A stretch of DNA of 64,000 nucleotides from NCBI GenBank assembly GCA_963777315.1, contig CAVZQC010000001.1, positions 352,001-416,000 of the forward strand, written 5' to 3'. Made by a program: the position numbers and the translations under genes. Under the pieces are notes generated by a model, which saw only the letters and a program-made list of their open reading frames with translations, did not search any database and was not told the DNA's origin. This document shows, in pieces, positions 50,214 through 59,588 of this stretch. The stretch comes from Vulcanimicrobiota bacterium (GTDB lineage: Bacteria > Vulcanimicrobiota > Vulcanimicrobiia > Vulcanimicrobiales > Vulcanimicrobiaceae). Positions within the stretch are counted from its first letter, which is position 1. Each line of letters starts with the position of its first letter.

Positions 50214-51761
50214 TTACGCTTCGGCCGTTTTGAAAATGCGCACGCGGCGATTGGGTTCCAAGCCCGTGCTGCGGGACTGCAAGCGGTATTTTTCCGCGAG
50301 CTGATGCTGCATGCGCCTAACGTAGGAGGTCTGCGGCGACAGTTCGATCGCTTTGCTGTTGAGCAGCACCTGGTAAATGGCTTCTTCGGTTTCGCGCAGC
50401 GCGATCTCCTCGGTGTCGATCGAGGGCAAGTTGAAGACGTCTTTGAGCGAGTTCTGGATCTGCGTCGTCGTGTTCGTTTTGATGCTGTAGATTGGAATAT
50501 TTTCCGAAGCGATCTGCTTGAGCTTAGGCTGCTCTTTGCGCTCGAGCGTCTTGAGCGTGAGTACGACGTCGGCATCGTCCCAGTTGCGAGCGATCCCCGC
50601 GTTCAGCCGCAGGTTGTGAATCGCGCGTTCGATTTTGTTGCGCGATACGCCGTATGGAAATATGAGCAGAGCCTTTTCGCGATCCTCGCGCTCGCCTTCG
50701 TCCTCGTGATACGCCGCGGCGGTCAGTTGCGGCATCGATTCCGTGTCGGCCTCCTGAACGATCGCCACTTGGCCACTCGCGGTGCGCTTGCGCACTTCGG
50801 GCTGCGGCTGATACCCGCGGAGCAGCGCGTCGACGACTTCGGCCACGTTCTTGTGGATGGCGACGGTATCCCGATCGTGGATTTCCACCACGACGTCGAA
50901 CGTTGGAGGCGCCTTGCGTTCCAGAACGGTCTTGCGGGTGCCGCGGCGACGCGCTTCCTCGTCGGACAACGTTACCGCGCTGATGCCGCCGACGAGATCG
51001 GAGAGCGTGGGGTTCATCAGCAGATTTTCCAACGTCTGGCCGTGCGCCGTTCCGATGAGCGCCACCCCGCGCTCGGCGATGGTGCGCGCGGCTTCGGCTT
51101 CGGCCTGCGTACCGATCTCGTCGATCACCACCACCTGCGGCATGTGGTTTTCGACCGCTTCGATCATGACGGCGTGCTGAAGCGCCGGGTCCGCAACCTG
51201 CATGCGGCGAGCCGAGCCGATGCCCGGATGCGGAATGTCGCTGTCGCCGGCGATCTCGTTGGACGTGTCGACGATCACGACGCGCTTGCGATCTTCGGAC
51301 AGCACGCGCGCGCACTCGCGCAGCATCGTCGTTTTGCCGACGCCCGGCCGCCCGAGCAGACATATCGACTTGCCGCTGCGCAGAATGTCGAGCAGGATGT
51401 CGATCGTTCCGTACACCGCGCGCCCGACGCGGCACGTGAGCCCGACGATTTTTCCCGAGCGCGTGCGAATCGCGCTGATACGGTGGAGCGTCTGCTCGAT
51501 GCCGGCGCGATTGTCGGCGCCGAACGCGGACAGGCGCGAGCAAACGTGCGCGACGTCCTCCTGCGTTACGGCGGTATCGGACAAGTGCGCGAAGTCGTTC
51601 TCGAAGCGCGCTTCGGGGGGACGCCCCACGTCTAGCACGACTTCGATTACAGCATCCAGGTTGGGAAGACGAACGAGCGATTGCCGAATGGGAAGCGGGA
51701 GAATGTCCAGGAGTTGGTTGAGCTCCCAATCGGGAGCGAATGACTGAGCTTTAACGGCCAA
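50214..51761 (-). CDS. AAA ATPase with C-terminal R3H domain (Ycf45/SpoIIIAA-like)
   Basis: TLHRIS, GLTCRVGRA, GRPGVGKTT, DTSNEIAGD, ENHMP, DEIG, RRMQH (R3H); start uncertain (TTG 51761). Confidence 0.88.
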   Translation of the reverse strand: MAVKAQSFAPDWELNQLLDILPLPIRQSLVRLPNLDAVIEVVLDVGRPPEARFENDFAHLSDTAVTQEDVAHVCSRLSAFGADNRAGIEQTLHRISAIRTRSGKIVGLTCRVGRAVYGTIDILLDILRSGKSICLLGRPGVGKTTMLRECARVLSEDRKRVVIVDTSNEIAGDSDIPHPGIGSARRMQVADPALQHAVMIEAVENHMPQVVVIDEIGTQAEAEAARTIAERGVALIGTAHGQTLENLLMNPTLSDLVGGISAVTLSDEEARRRGTRKTVLERKAPPTFDVVVEIHDRDTVAIHKNVAEVVDALLRGYQPQPEVRKRTASGQVAIVQEADTESMPQLTAAAYHEDEGEREDREKALLIFPYGVSRNKIERAIHNLRLNAGIARNWDDADVVLTLKTLERKEQPKLKQIASENIPIYSIKTNTTTQIQNSLKDVFNLPSIDTEEIALRETEEAIYQVLLNSKAIELSPQTSYVRRMQHQLAEKYRLQSRSTGLEPNRRVRIFKTAEA

Positions 51762-51830
51762 TACTGACCCTCGGCTTCCAAAGCGTTTGCGGCCTTTTTC
51801 CCATCGCCGCTGCAACGCCCTGCCGTCCGG

Positions 51831-53321
51831 TCATTCCTTCACCACGCGAATATGCTTGAGCTCGGTGTCGAACTGCCCTTGCATACGAACACCCGCTTTG
51901 AGTTCCAAACTCAAGTAGTCCAGTATCTCCTGATTGATTTCTTCGCCCGGCGCAATGACGGGAATGCCCGGAGGATACGGCGAGATCGTCTCGGCGCAAA
52001 TGCGTCCTTTGCTCTGCTTGAAACGCACGAGTTCCGTATCGGCGAGAAACGCGTCGCGCGGGAGCATGCGCATGGCGGGAATCTTCGGCAGCTTGTAACT
52101 GCCGGTTTTCAAACGGCGCTCTAAAACTCCCGAGGGTGAGAAGATGTCGATCGGGCGGTCCTCGCGGGCGAGAAACGCCATCCCTTCCACCAAGCGATCC
52201 GCCGCGGCTTGCGAGGTGCCGATCGTAAACAGCGCGACCACGTTGAAGAGATCCGCCAGCTCCACTTGCACGTTGTAGCGCCGGCGCAGAATCTCGGAGG
52301 CTTCGTAGCCGGTGTAACCGAGGTCTTTGACGGTGATCGCCACCTTGGTCGGGTCCAGGTCGAAGATTCCCGGTCTGCCCTGCAGTTCTTCGCCGAAACA
52401 GTAGACGCCGTCGATGGAATTGAGCTTGCGGCGCGTATCCTCCGCCAGGGCGATCGTGCCCGACAGCAAGGCCGGGCCTTCGGTCGCCATTTGCTTGCGG
52501 GCAACGTCCAGCGAAGCGAGCATCGGAAGATTGGGAGAGGTTGAAAGAAACATTTTAAGCACTGCTTCCAGCCTGTCTATTCGCACTCGCGGACCGATCT
52601 GGTGCAGCATCGCGGCTTGCGAAAACGCCGAAAGCATTTTGTGCGTCGAGTTGATGCACAAATCGGCGCCCGCCGCAGTGGCCGAGATGGGCAGCGCGGG
52701 GTGAAAATGAAAGTGCGGCCCCCACGCCTCGTCGACGAGCACCAGTTTGCCCGCGTCGTGCACGATGCGCACGATCGATTCGAGATCGGCAGCGACGCCG
52801 TAATAGGTGGGGCTGACGACGTACACCGCTTTGACGTCGGGAAACTCCGCCAGCGTTTGGGCAACCGTTTCCGGCGTGACGCTGTGATCCATATGAAGCG
52901 CTTCGTCGACGACGGGCTGCATATAGATCGGACGCGCGCCGCTCATCACCAAACCGCCAAGCATCGATTTGTGGGAGTTGCGCGGAACCGCGATCGCGTC
53001 GCCCGGGTTCACGGCGGCCATCATCATGCACTGGTTGCCGCTGGTCGAACCGTTTACCAGAAAATAGGAACGATCCGCGCCGTAGGCTTGCGCGGCCAGT
53101 TGCTGCGCCTCCAAGATCGATTCGGTCGGCTGCAGCAGATCGTCGATGCCGGGCATCGGCGTGAGATCGATTGCGCAGATGTTGTCGCCGATGAACTCGC
53201 GAAAAGCGCGATCCATGCCGATGCCCTGCTTGTGGCCGGGCGTATGGAACGGGATCACGCCTGCGTCGACATATTCGAGCAGCGCTTGGAAATACGGCGT
53301 TTTGGTTTGGTCCACGGACAC
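51831..53321 (-). CDS. PLP-dependent Arg/Lys/Orn decarboxylase (YaaO/SpeA-like)
   Basis: FHTPGHKQG, LVNGSTSG, RNSHKS, PTYYG, DEAWG, STHK, YPPGIP; start 53321 or 53315. Confidence 0.93.
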   Translation of the reverse strand: MSVDQTKTPYFQALLEYVDAGVIPFHTPGHKQGIGMDRAFREFIGDNICAIDLTPMPGIDDLLQPTESILEAQQLAAQAYGADRSYFLVNGSTSGNQCMMMAAVNPGDAIAVPRNSHKSMLGGLVMSGARPIYMQPVVDEALHMDHSVTPETVAQTLAEFPDVKAVYVVSPTYYGVAADLESIVRIVHDAGKLVLVDEAWGPHFHFHPALPISATAAGADLCINSTHKMLSAFSQAAMLHQIGPRVRIDRLEAVLKMFLSTSPNLPMLASLDVARKQMATEGPALLSGTIALAEDTRRKLNSIDGVYCFGEELQGRPGIFDLDPTKVAITVKDLGYTGYEASEILRRRYNVQVELADLFNVVALFTIGTSQAAADRLVEGMAFLAREDRPIDIFSPSGVLERRLKTGSYKLPKIPAMRMLPRDAFLADTELVRFKQSKGRICAETISPYPPGIPVIAPGEEINQEILDYLSLELKAGVRMQGQFDTELKHIRVVKE

Positions 53322-53363
53322 ACACTCCGTTTGCGGAGGAAAGCGAAAAGGAGAACCGCGCCT

Positions 53364-53453
53364 TTAGGCGCGCGAACGACCCTTTGCCGTGTGGCTGTGG
53401 TGCGAGATGAGCCACGCCGCCATGCGCAGGGCGGCGCTGAGCGAGGCATGCAC
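53364..53453 (-). other. Candidate 29-aa upstream ORF (leader peptide)
   Basis: GTG 53453 (or ATG 53423) to TAA 53364: MHASLSAALRMAAWLISHHSHTAKGRSRA; the stop lies in the loop of a cgcgcc/ggcgcg hairpin. Confidence 0.35.
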
Positions 53454-53489
53454 TACGCAGCGTCCCGCGAGGGCAGGCGGTTGCGTCGT

Positions 53490-54134
53490 CTACGGCAGCG
53501 GCGCGAACAACCGCGCCGACTGCTCGACCGAAGCTGACTCGTCGGCATCAAACGGCACAATGCCAAGAATGTGAATTTTTCCCTGCAGCGAGCCTGCGAC
53601 GTCGGCCGCGTACTGCGCGGGCGAATCTCCCCAGCGGTCCACCAGTACGCAGCCCGCGACTCCGAGCTGCAGCTGATCGCACAGAGCCAAGGTCAGCAGC
53701 GCGTGGTTCATGCATCCCGGCCGCAGCCCGACTACCAGCACGATGCGCAGCTTCGCCAGCACCGCGACCGTCGAGAAATTCTGATTGCGATTGAGGGGGA
53801 CCGCCAATCCTGCGTCGCCTTCGGCCACCACGGCCCCCGGAATGGCGGCGATGACGTCGTTGAGATCCTCGGCGTGAATCGTGGGCGTTCCGTCGGCCAG
53901 GGCCGCCGACCATGGGTCGGAGTCCTTGCAGAAACGGGCAAGTTCGACGTGGCGGCTGCACGCGAGCTTGCCCGCGCGCGCGGCGTCTCCGGGCACGCCC
54001 AGTTCCATTCCGGTTTGAACGAGCTTGACCACCGTCGGATCTTCGCCTGCGGTGCGCAGGGCCGTCGCGAGCGCAGCTGCCACGCGCGTTTTTCCGACGT
54101 CCGAGTCGGTTCCGGTAACGAGATAGCGGTGCAT
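53490..54134 (-). CDS. bioD: Dethiobiotin synthase
   Basis: TGTDSDVGKT, KLVQTG, EGDAGLAVP, GCMNHALLT. Confidence 0.85.
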   Translation of the reverse strand: MHRYLVTGTDSDVGKTRVAAALATALRTAGEDPTVVKLVQTGMELGVPGDAARAGKLACSRHVELARFCKDSDPWSAALADGTPTIHAEDLNDVIAAIPGAVVAEGDAGLAVPLNRNQNFSTVAVLAKLRIVLVVGLRPGCMNHALLTLALCDQLQLGVAGCVLVDRWGDSPAQYAADVAGSLQGKIHILGIVPFDADESASVEQSARLFAPLP

Positions 54135-54142
54135 GCCCGCCG

Positions 54143-54673
54143 TTACGCTTCGACGCGCTCCTCGATCGAAACGTTGTACAGAAAGAGAAATTTATGCCAC
54201 TCGTCGGGCAGCGTGTTGCGTTTGATCTGAATCCAAGGGATGTACTTGGGATGGCGCGGCTTGCGGCGTAATTTCATGTTGCAGTCGGCCGGCGCGCGAT
54301 TATTTTTCCGATTATTGCAGCGCATGCACGCGCATACCAGGTTTTCCCACGTCGACGGACCGCCTTTGCTTTTGGGCACGATGTGATCGACGGTCATGAA
54401 GCGGTCGCCGCGCACTCCGCAATACTGGCAGGTGTGGTCGTCGCGAATCAAGATGTTCTTTTTCGTCAGCGCGACTTTTTGCATGGGGCGCCTGATGTAG
54501 TAGAGCATGCGGATAATCGACGGCATGCGCATCTCGAAGCTCGTCGAAGAAATGATCCGCTCGCGGCCGTGCACCAGTTCGGCCTTTCCCGCGAAGATCA
54601 ATTTGACGGCGCGCTGGAAATTCGTGATGTTGAGCGCTTCGTAGGTGAAATTGAGCACCAGAACGTCGCTCAT
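54143..54673 (-). CDS. HNH endonuclease (McrA-like)
   Basis: VLVLN...P, RDDHTCQYCG, TVDHIVPKSKGG, WENLVCACMRCNNRK. Confidence 0.93.
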   Translation of the reverse strand: MSDVLVLNFTYEALNITNFQRAVKLIFAGKAELVHGRERIISSTSFEMRMPSIIRMLYYIRRPMQKVALTKKNILIRDDHTCQYCGVRGDRFMTVDHIVPKSKGGPSTWENLVCACMRCNNRKNNRAPADCNMKLRRKPRHPKYIPWIQIKRNTLPDEWHKFLFLYNVSIEERVEA

Positions 54674-54679
54674 GGGAAT

Positions 54680-54970
54680 CTACAGACTCCGCCGGCGCAC
54701 GAACGCCATCCGGGTTTCCGTCAGCAGCTGCGTGATTGCCAGCCGATCCTGCGGGCCGAGCCGTTCTTTGACGCGTTCGAAAGCTGCGCCCGCGACGTCG
54801 ATGGCCATTCCCGCTGCATCCACGTCGGGCTGTTTACCTTCCTCGACGACCAAGTAGGCATGAGCGGCGAGCGAAAGGCGAGCGATGAGATCGGTCAGCA
54901 GCATCTCGACCGGCGGCATCTGCTCGATTTCGGCCGGTTGCGGATCGTGCGAGGGAGCCTGCGAGCTCAT
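54680..54970 (-). CDS. Small hypothetical protein
   Basis: ATG 54970, 96-aa helical ORF between pdxT and HNH. Confidence 0.7.
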   Translation of the reverse strand: MSSQAPSHDPQPAEIEQMPPVEMLLTDLIARLSLAAHAYLVVEEGKQPDVDAAGMAIDVAGAAFERVKERLGPQDRLAITQLLTETRMAFVRRRSL

Positions 54971-54981
54971 ACTTGGTGGAA

Positions 54982-55626
54982 TTATGCGACGCTGCGCGCC
55001 TTCCCTACGCAATTCGAGCGCGCCGCGCGAACCATCTTCAGGAAATACTCGTGCACGCGCGGATCGGCCGTGAGTTCGGGGTGGAAAGAAGTAGCCAGAA
55101 CGTTGCGCTCGCGCACCATGACGCCGCGGCCCTCGCGCTCGGCGAGCACTTCCACGCCGCTGCCTGCGCGCTCTATCCACGGAGCCCGGATGAAGACTGC
55201 CGGAAACGGCTTGCTTCCCAGCGCCTCGATCGGCAAGTCGACTTCCGCGGAATGATTTTGACGTCCGAATGCATTGCGACGCACGGAAATGTCGATGAAG
55301 TCGAGCGTGGGCTGCGCCAGCTCTACGACCTCGCGCGCAATGACGATCATGCCCATGCACGTTCCCCATACCGGCATTCCTGCGCGAACGCGCTGCGCGA
55401 TCGGCTCGCCGAGCCCGAAACGGTCGAGCAGCTTCATCACAGTCGTCGACTCGCCGCCCGGAACGATCAGGCCATCGACGCGATCCAGCTGCGCCGCGCT
55501 CTTGAGCGGCACGCAGCGCGCTCCGGCTGCCTGCATAGCGGCAACGTGTTCGACCACGTCGCCCTGAAGCGCCAAAACGCCGACCGTCGGGCCGTCGTCG
55601 TGCTGGGAATGCTGGGCCGAACTCAC
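54982..55626 (-). CDS. pdxT: PLP synthase glutaminase subunit
   Basis: GVLALQG, PGGEST, GTCMG, RNAFGRQ, FIRAP, FHPE. Confidence 0.96.
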   Translation of the reverse strand: MSSAQHSQHDDGPTVGVLALQGDVVEHVAAMQAAGARCVPLKSAAQLDRVDGLIVPGGESTTVMKLLDRFGLGEPIAQRVRAGMPVWGTCMGMIVIAREVVELAQPTLDFIDISVRRNAFGRQNHSAEVDLPIEALGSKPFPAVFIRAPWIERAGSGVEVLAEREGRGVMVRERNVLATSFHPELTADPRVHEYFLKMVRAARSNCVGKARSVA

Positions 55627-55635
55627 GATTGCGTT

Positions 55636-56532
55636 TTAATTGCCCCGCGATGCGAGCAAATCGGAATCCGGCAGCTTGCGCAGGTCGATGCCTTCCATTG
55701 CTTGCGACTCCTTGCCCAGCGATTTGCTGGCCGCCACGACGACGGCCGGATCGCCGTAATGCGTAGTGGCGTCGACGATGGCTTTTGCGAACGCCTTAGG
55801 AGCGTTCGACTTAAAGATGCCGCTGCCCACGAAGATGCCTTCCGCGCCCAGCTGCATCATCAGCGCGGCATCGGCCGGCGTAGAAACGCCCCCGGCGCAG
55901 AACAGGACCACGGGAAGCTTGGCGTTGCGCGCGACTTCTTCGACCAACTCCAGGGGCGCGCCCAAATCGCGGGCGCGCGCAACCAGCTCTTGCGCCGGAA
56001 CGACCGACAGTTCTTTGATCGCGTCGTTAATCGCGCGCATGTGGCGAACCGCCTCGACGATGTTGCCGCTTCCGGCTTCGCCCTTGCTGCGAATCATCGC
56101 CGCGCCCTCGGCAATGCGCCGCAGCGCTTCGCCCAGATCGCGCGCGCCGCACACGAACGGCGTGGTGAAGCCCTGTTTGTCGACGTGATACTTGTCGTCG
56201 GCGGGGGTAAGCACTTCGGACTCGTCGATGAAATCGATGCCGAGCTCTTGGAGCGCTTGCGCTTCGGCAAAGTGACCGATGCGTACTTTGGCCATGACCG
56301 GAACGGTGACGGCGTCCATGATCGACTGTACCAGCTCCAGGTTGCTCATGCGCGCCACGCCGCCGCCGGCGCGAATGTCGGCCGGAATGCGCTCGAGCGC
56401 CATGACGGCGACCGCACCCGCTTCCTGCGCGATTACTGCCTGCTCGGGCGTCACGACGTCCATGATGACGCCGCCCTTGAGCATTTGGGCTAGGCCGCGT
56501 TTGACGGTAACGGTTCCGGTAGTTTGGGTCAT
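55636..56532 (-). CDS. pdxS: PLP synthase lyase subunit
   Basis: [49 protein letters not shown]. Confidence 0.98.
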   Translation of the reverse strand: MTQTTGTVTVKRGLAQMLKGGVIMDVVTPEQAVIAQEAGAVAVMALERIPADIRAGGGVARMSNLELVQSIMDAVTVPVMAKVRIGHFAEAQALQELGIDFIDESEVLTPADDKYHVDKQGFTTPFVCGARDLGEALRRIAEGAAMIRSKGEAGSGNIVEAVRHMRAINDAIKELSVVPAQELVARARDLGAPLELVEEVARNAKLPVVLFCAGGVSTPADAALMMQLGAEGIFVGSGIFKSNAPKAFAKAIVDATTHYGDPAVVVAASKSLGKESQAMEGIDLRKLPDSDLLASRGN

Positions 56533-56591
56533 GCTCGGCGGTTTCTCCTAAAAGTTGCAGTCTTGCATAAGTGACAATCCGGACGGCAGGT

Positions 56592-57065
56592 CTACGGTTG
56601 CGGTGTTCCCCCCGCCGCAGGCGACATGGACGGGCCCGGCACCGGCGTGCCGCTCGCGACGGGCGTGGGCGTCGGCAGCGGAGCTGCGCGCCGCCAGATC
56701 GGCAGATTGAGATTCGGTGTGGGGGTCGCCGTGGGCTGCGGGCGCCGCGGCGCGGGCGTCGCGGTGTATTTGGGCGCGGGCGGAGCCGTGGGCAACGGTA
56801 CCGGCGGCACGCGAGGATCGGGAAACGCGGGGTCGGTGGCGGCGCTCATCACGTCGGTACGCTTCCAGTCCGGCCCATAGGGCGCCGCGCTTTTCTGCAC
56901 GGGGGCCGGCGTCACCGTTATCGGCGCGATGCTGTCCAGACGCTTTTCCGTAACCTGTCCGATGACCGTGTCGCCCGCGCGTTCGCCCAGCGCTATTGCG
57001 GCAATGAGCACGGCAATGCCCAGCATGAGCACGATGGTCAAAAAGCGTTTGGACGGGTCGGGCAC
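56592..57065 (-). CDS. Membrane-anchored Pro/Thr-rich hypothetical protein
   Basis: N-terminal TM followed by low-complexity PT repeats. Confidence 0.7.
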   Translation of the reverse strand: MPDPSKRFLTIVLMLGIAVLIAAIALGERAGDTVIGQVTEKRLDSIAPITVTPAPVQKSAAPYGPDWKRTDVMSAATDPAFPDPRVPPVPLPTAPPAPKYTATPAPRRPQPTATPTPNLNLPIWRRAAPLPTPTPVASGTPVPGPSMSPAAGGTPQP

Positions 57066-57083
57066 GGGACGTTACCAGTACGC

Positions 57084-59528
57084 TTAGGCGCGCGCGAGCG
57101 CCTGCGGAACGACGTCGCGCGCCGCGGCTCGTGCGGGACGCTCGGCGGGCTTGCCGACCATCGCCAGTTCGTGCAGCTCGCCCGGCGCGAGCGTCATCTT
57201 TTCGGAAAGCCCGCGAAACTCGACCGATACGCTGCGCGCGTGATCGTTTGGATTGCACAAAAAGACTCGCACGGCGCGCTGTTCGTCCTCGAACGCCACC
57301 GCGCCGACTTCAACCGGCGAGGTCGTCACTTCATCGCTGACGTCGCGCCCGGCGTACATGCACGCGAAGGGTTCTTCTGCCGACAGCTCGCTCATGTTGC
57401 CGTAGATGACGCTGCGTTCGAAATCAATGACGTACGTGCACGATTTACCGCCCCAGTGCACGCGCGCGGCTGCGACCCATTTCCACCCGCGCGGACGCAG
57501 CGGCACGAGGTGCGGACGACCGCTGGTGCGGTAGCCGTCCAGACCGCCGATCGTTTCGGCGACGGCCCATAAATATTTCGCGCTCGTCCACGGCGAGAGA
57601 TACATCCCGCGGTTGGTCAGCGAACCGCCGTCGAACCACTCGGCGAATTCACCCGGCACCGTATTGCGCTCCGAACCGGCCTCCATCGTGGCGTAGATCG
57701 TTTCCATCCAGTGCACGGCCTGATCGGTAAAGCCGTTTCTGGCCAGGCACAGTACGAACCACAGCGTCAAATCCGGCCATACGCCGCCGAGCAGTCCGAA
57801 GCCGTGCGACGGGAAGTACCACGAGTCGGCCGTCGATATCGTGCGCAGACCTACGGGCGTAATGAAGTCCGCTTCGGACAGCCGCTCCAAGATGCGACGC
57901 CGCTGCTCGCCGTCGGCGACGTCGAACAGCACCGGGAACACTTCGTCTGCGGTGAAGTTGTCCTGATAGTTCTGCTCCTGATCGTAGTTGAGCACGAAGG
58001 CGCCCGTGTCGTCGTTGAACATGTACTGCATCATCGCTTGGCGCAGCGACTGCGCTTCGTTCGAATATTTTTGCCACCGCTCGTGATCGCCCACGACGGC
58101 CGACAGCATCGCGGCCGCTTCCAGCGCAAAGACGCCCTCGGCATTGATCTCCGTAACTGCGCCGTCGAGCGTGTAATACGGGATGATATTGCGCCACGAG
58201 CTGATCCCGAACATGTCCACGCCGCTCGCGCGGCAGAACAGCAGGCCGTTCTTGTCGCGCTGCTCGAGCATGTAGTCGGCGATTTTGCACATGAGGGCAA
58301 ACCTCGCCCCGACCCATTGGTCGTCGAGCGTTGCATTGTAGTGATGGAGCATCGCAATGATGTGCAGCGGCGTATCGTCGTTGATGTTCAAATCGTACGA
58401 GGTTTTGAATCCGCTCACGCCGCGGACGTATTCGATCATTTCGCCGTTTTCCTGAACGAAGGTGTTGAACACTTCGATGGCATCGCGGCTGAAGTCGGGC
58501 AGAAAATAGTCGAATCCATGCACGAACCAGGACGTGTCGCGGGAAACCAAAATGTCCGACGGCGGCGAGTTGGTGGATCCCCATCCGTTGGGATACTCCT
58601 TGATCACGCGCAGCATATTGGCCTTGGCCCAGACGACGCCGCGGCTGATCGCAGGCACCGGGCACATGAAACGCGCGTCGCGCAGCTTGGACGCGTAATA
58701 GCGCTGCGTGTCGTGCAGAGCTTTGCGGTCGTGCAGCAGCCGGTCGAGCACCGGACGGGACTTGTCGCGACCGTCCTTGTGAAACACGACGGCCAGGCGC
58801 AGCGACTCACGCGCGCCGGGCGCGACGGTCATGGCGTATTCGAAGGCCCCGAAGATGCGTCCGCTCACGCATTCGGCCAGCTGCGGGGTTACTTCTTCCA
58901 AATGATCCTTTTCGAACAGCGATCCGGCGCGCATGTGATGCAGCACCACCTGCTCGCGCAACCCTACGATGGAAGCCGACGGAACGCGCGATCCGCCCCA
59001 CCAGCGCTCCGCGCCGGTTTGCTGGTTTTTCGAGCAGATCGCGTCGCCTTCAACGAACGCGCGCACTTGGTGCTCGGGCTCGCCGTAAAAGCGCTGGCCG
59101 ACCAGCAAAGCCCAAGGAAAAACCACCACGTCGAGCGGCGTGCCGCCGGGGTTGAACAACGTGACGTCGACCACGAAGCTCACCGTGCGGTCGTATTGCG
59201 GCCCGTGGGGAACGTAAAACGCCTCGGTGACGTGCAAACGGTCGAGCACGGTGAACTCGGAGATCTGCGCGTAGGGCAAAAAAGTGAACTCGCGCGTTAT
59301 CTGATGCGGAAAAACCGTCTGCCCGAGATCGGCAAGCCGGTAAGCGATCTGATGCGTGCCGAAGATGATTTGATCGGTATCCGCGTCCCACAATCCGCGG
59401 ATGCCGCCCTTGGCGGTCGATTGCGCGAACGATTTGAAGTTGCCCAGCAGCAACCCGTACGGCGTTTGACCTTCGGGCGTGACGTAAGCGCAATACTCGT
59501 TGTGCTGCGCGTCATAGCTGGGTCGCAT
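57084..59528 (-). CDS. Glycoside hydrolase, (alpha/alpha)6 type (amylo-alpha-1,6-glucosidase/MGH1-like)
   Basis: SRDTSW, DDTPL, EINA, GLRT, GGVWP motifs of GDE_C-like six-hairpin glycosidases. Confidence 0.7.
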   Translation of the reverse strand: MRPSYDAQHNEYCAYVTPEGQTPYGLLLGNFKSFAQSTAKGGIRGLWDADTDQIIFGTHQIAYRLADLGQTVFPHQITREFTFLPYAQISEFTVLDRLHVTEAFYVPHGPQYDRTVSFVVDVTLFNPGGTPLDVVVFPWALLVGQRFYGEPEHQVRAFVEGDAICSKNQQTGAERWWGGSRVPSASIVGLREQVVLHHMRAGSLFEKDHLEEVTPQLAECVSGRIFGAFEYAMTVAPGARESLRLAVVFHKDGRDKSRPVLDRLLHDRKALHDTQRYYASKLRDARFMCPVPAISRGVVWAKANMLRVIKEYPNGWGSTNSPPSDILVSRDTSWFVHGFDYFLPDFSRDAIEVFNTFVQENGEMIEYVRGVSGFKTSYDLNINDDTPLHIIAMLHHYNATLDDQWVGARFALMCKIADYMLEQRDKNGLLFCRASGVDMFGISSWRNIIPYYTLDGAVTEINAEGVFALEAAAMLSAVVGDHERWQKYSNEAQSLRQAMMQYMFNDDTGAFVLNYDQEQNYQDNFTADEVFPVLFDVADGEQRRRILERLSEADFITPVGLRTISTADSWYFPSHGFGLLGGVWPDLTLWFVLCLARNGFTDQAVHWMETIYATMEAGSERNTVPGEFAEWFDGGSLTNRGMYLSPWTSAKYLWAVAETIGGLDGYRTSGRPHLVPLRPRGWKWVAAARVHWGGKSCTYVIDFERSVIYGNMSELSAEEPFACMYAGRDVSDEVTTSPVEVGAVAFEDEQRAVRVFLCNPNDHARSVSVEFRGLSEKMTLAPGELHELAMVGKPAERPARAAARDVVPQALARA

Positions 59529-59588
59529 GATTTCGGACTACGACGGGTCGGAGGGATGTCCCGCCCGGCGGCGCAAGCTTCGCCGGCT

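Noticed and set aside
54143..54673. HNH endonuclease as mobile element or defence system
   Set aside because: Common stand-alone McrA-like family, tightly embedded among housekeeping genes, with no MTase, intron or repeat context
57711..59588. Long N-terminal extension of ispE (918-aa ORF)
   Set aside because: Antisense shadow of the glycoside hydrolase; IspE motifs begin at ATG 59589
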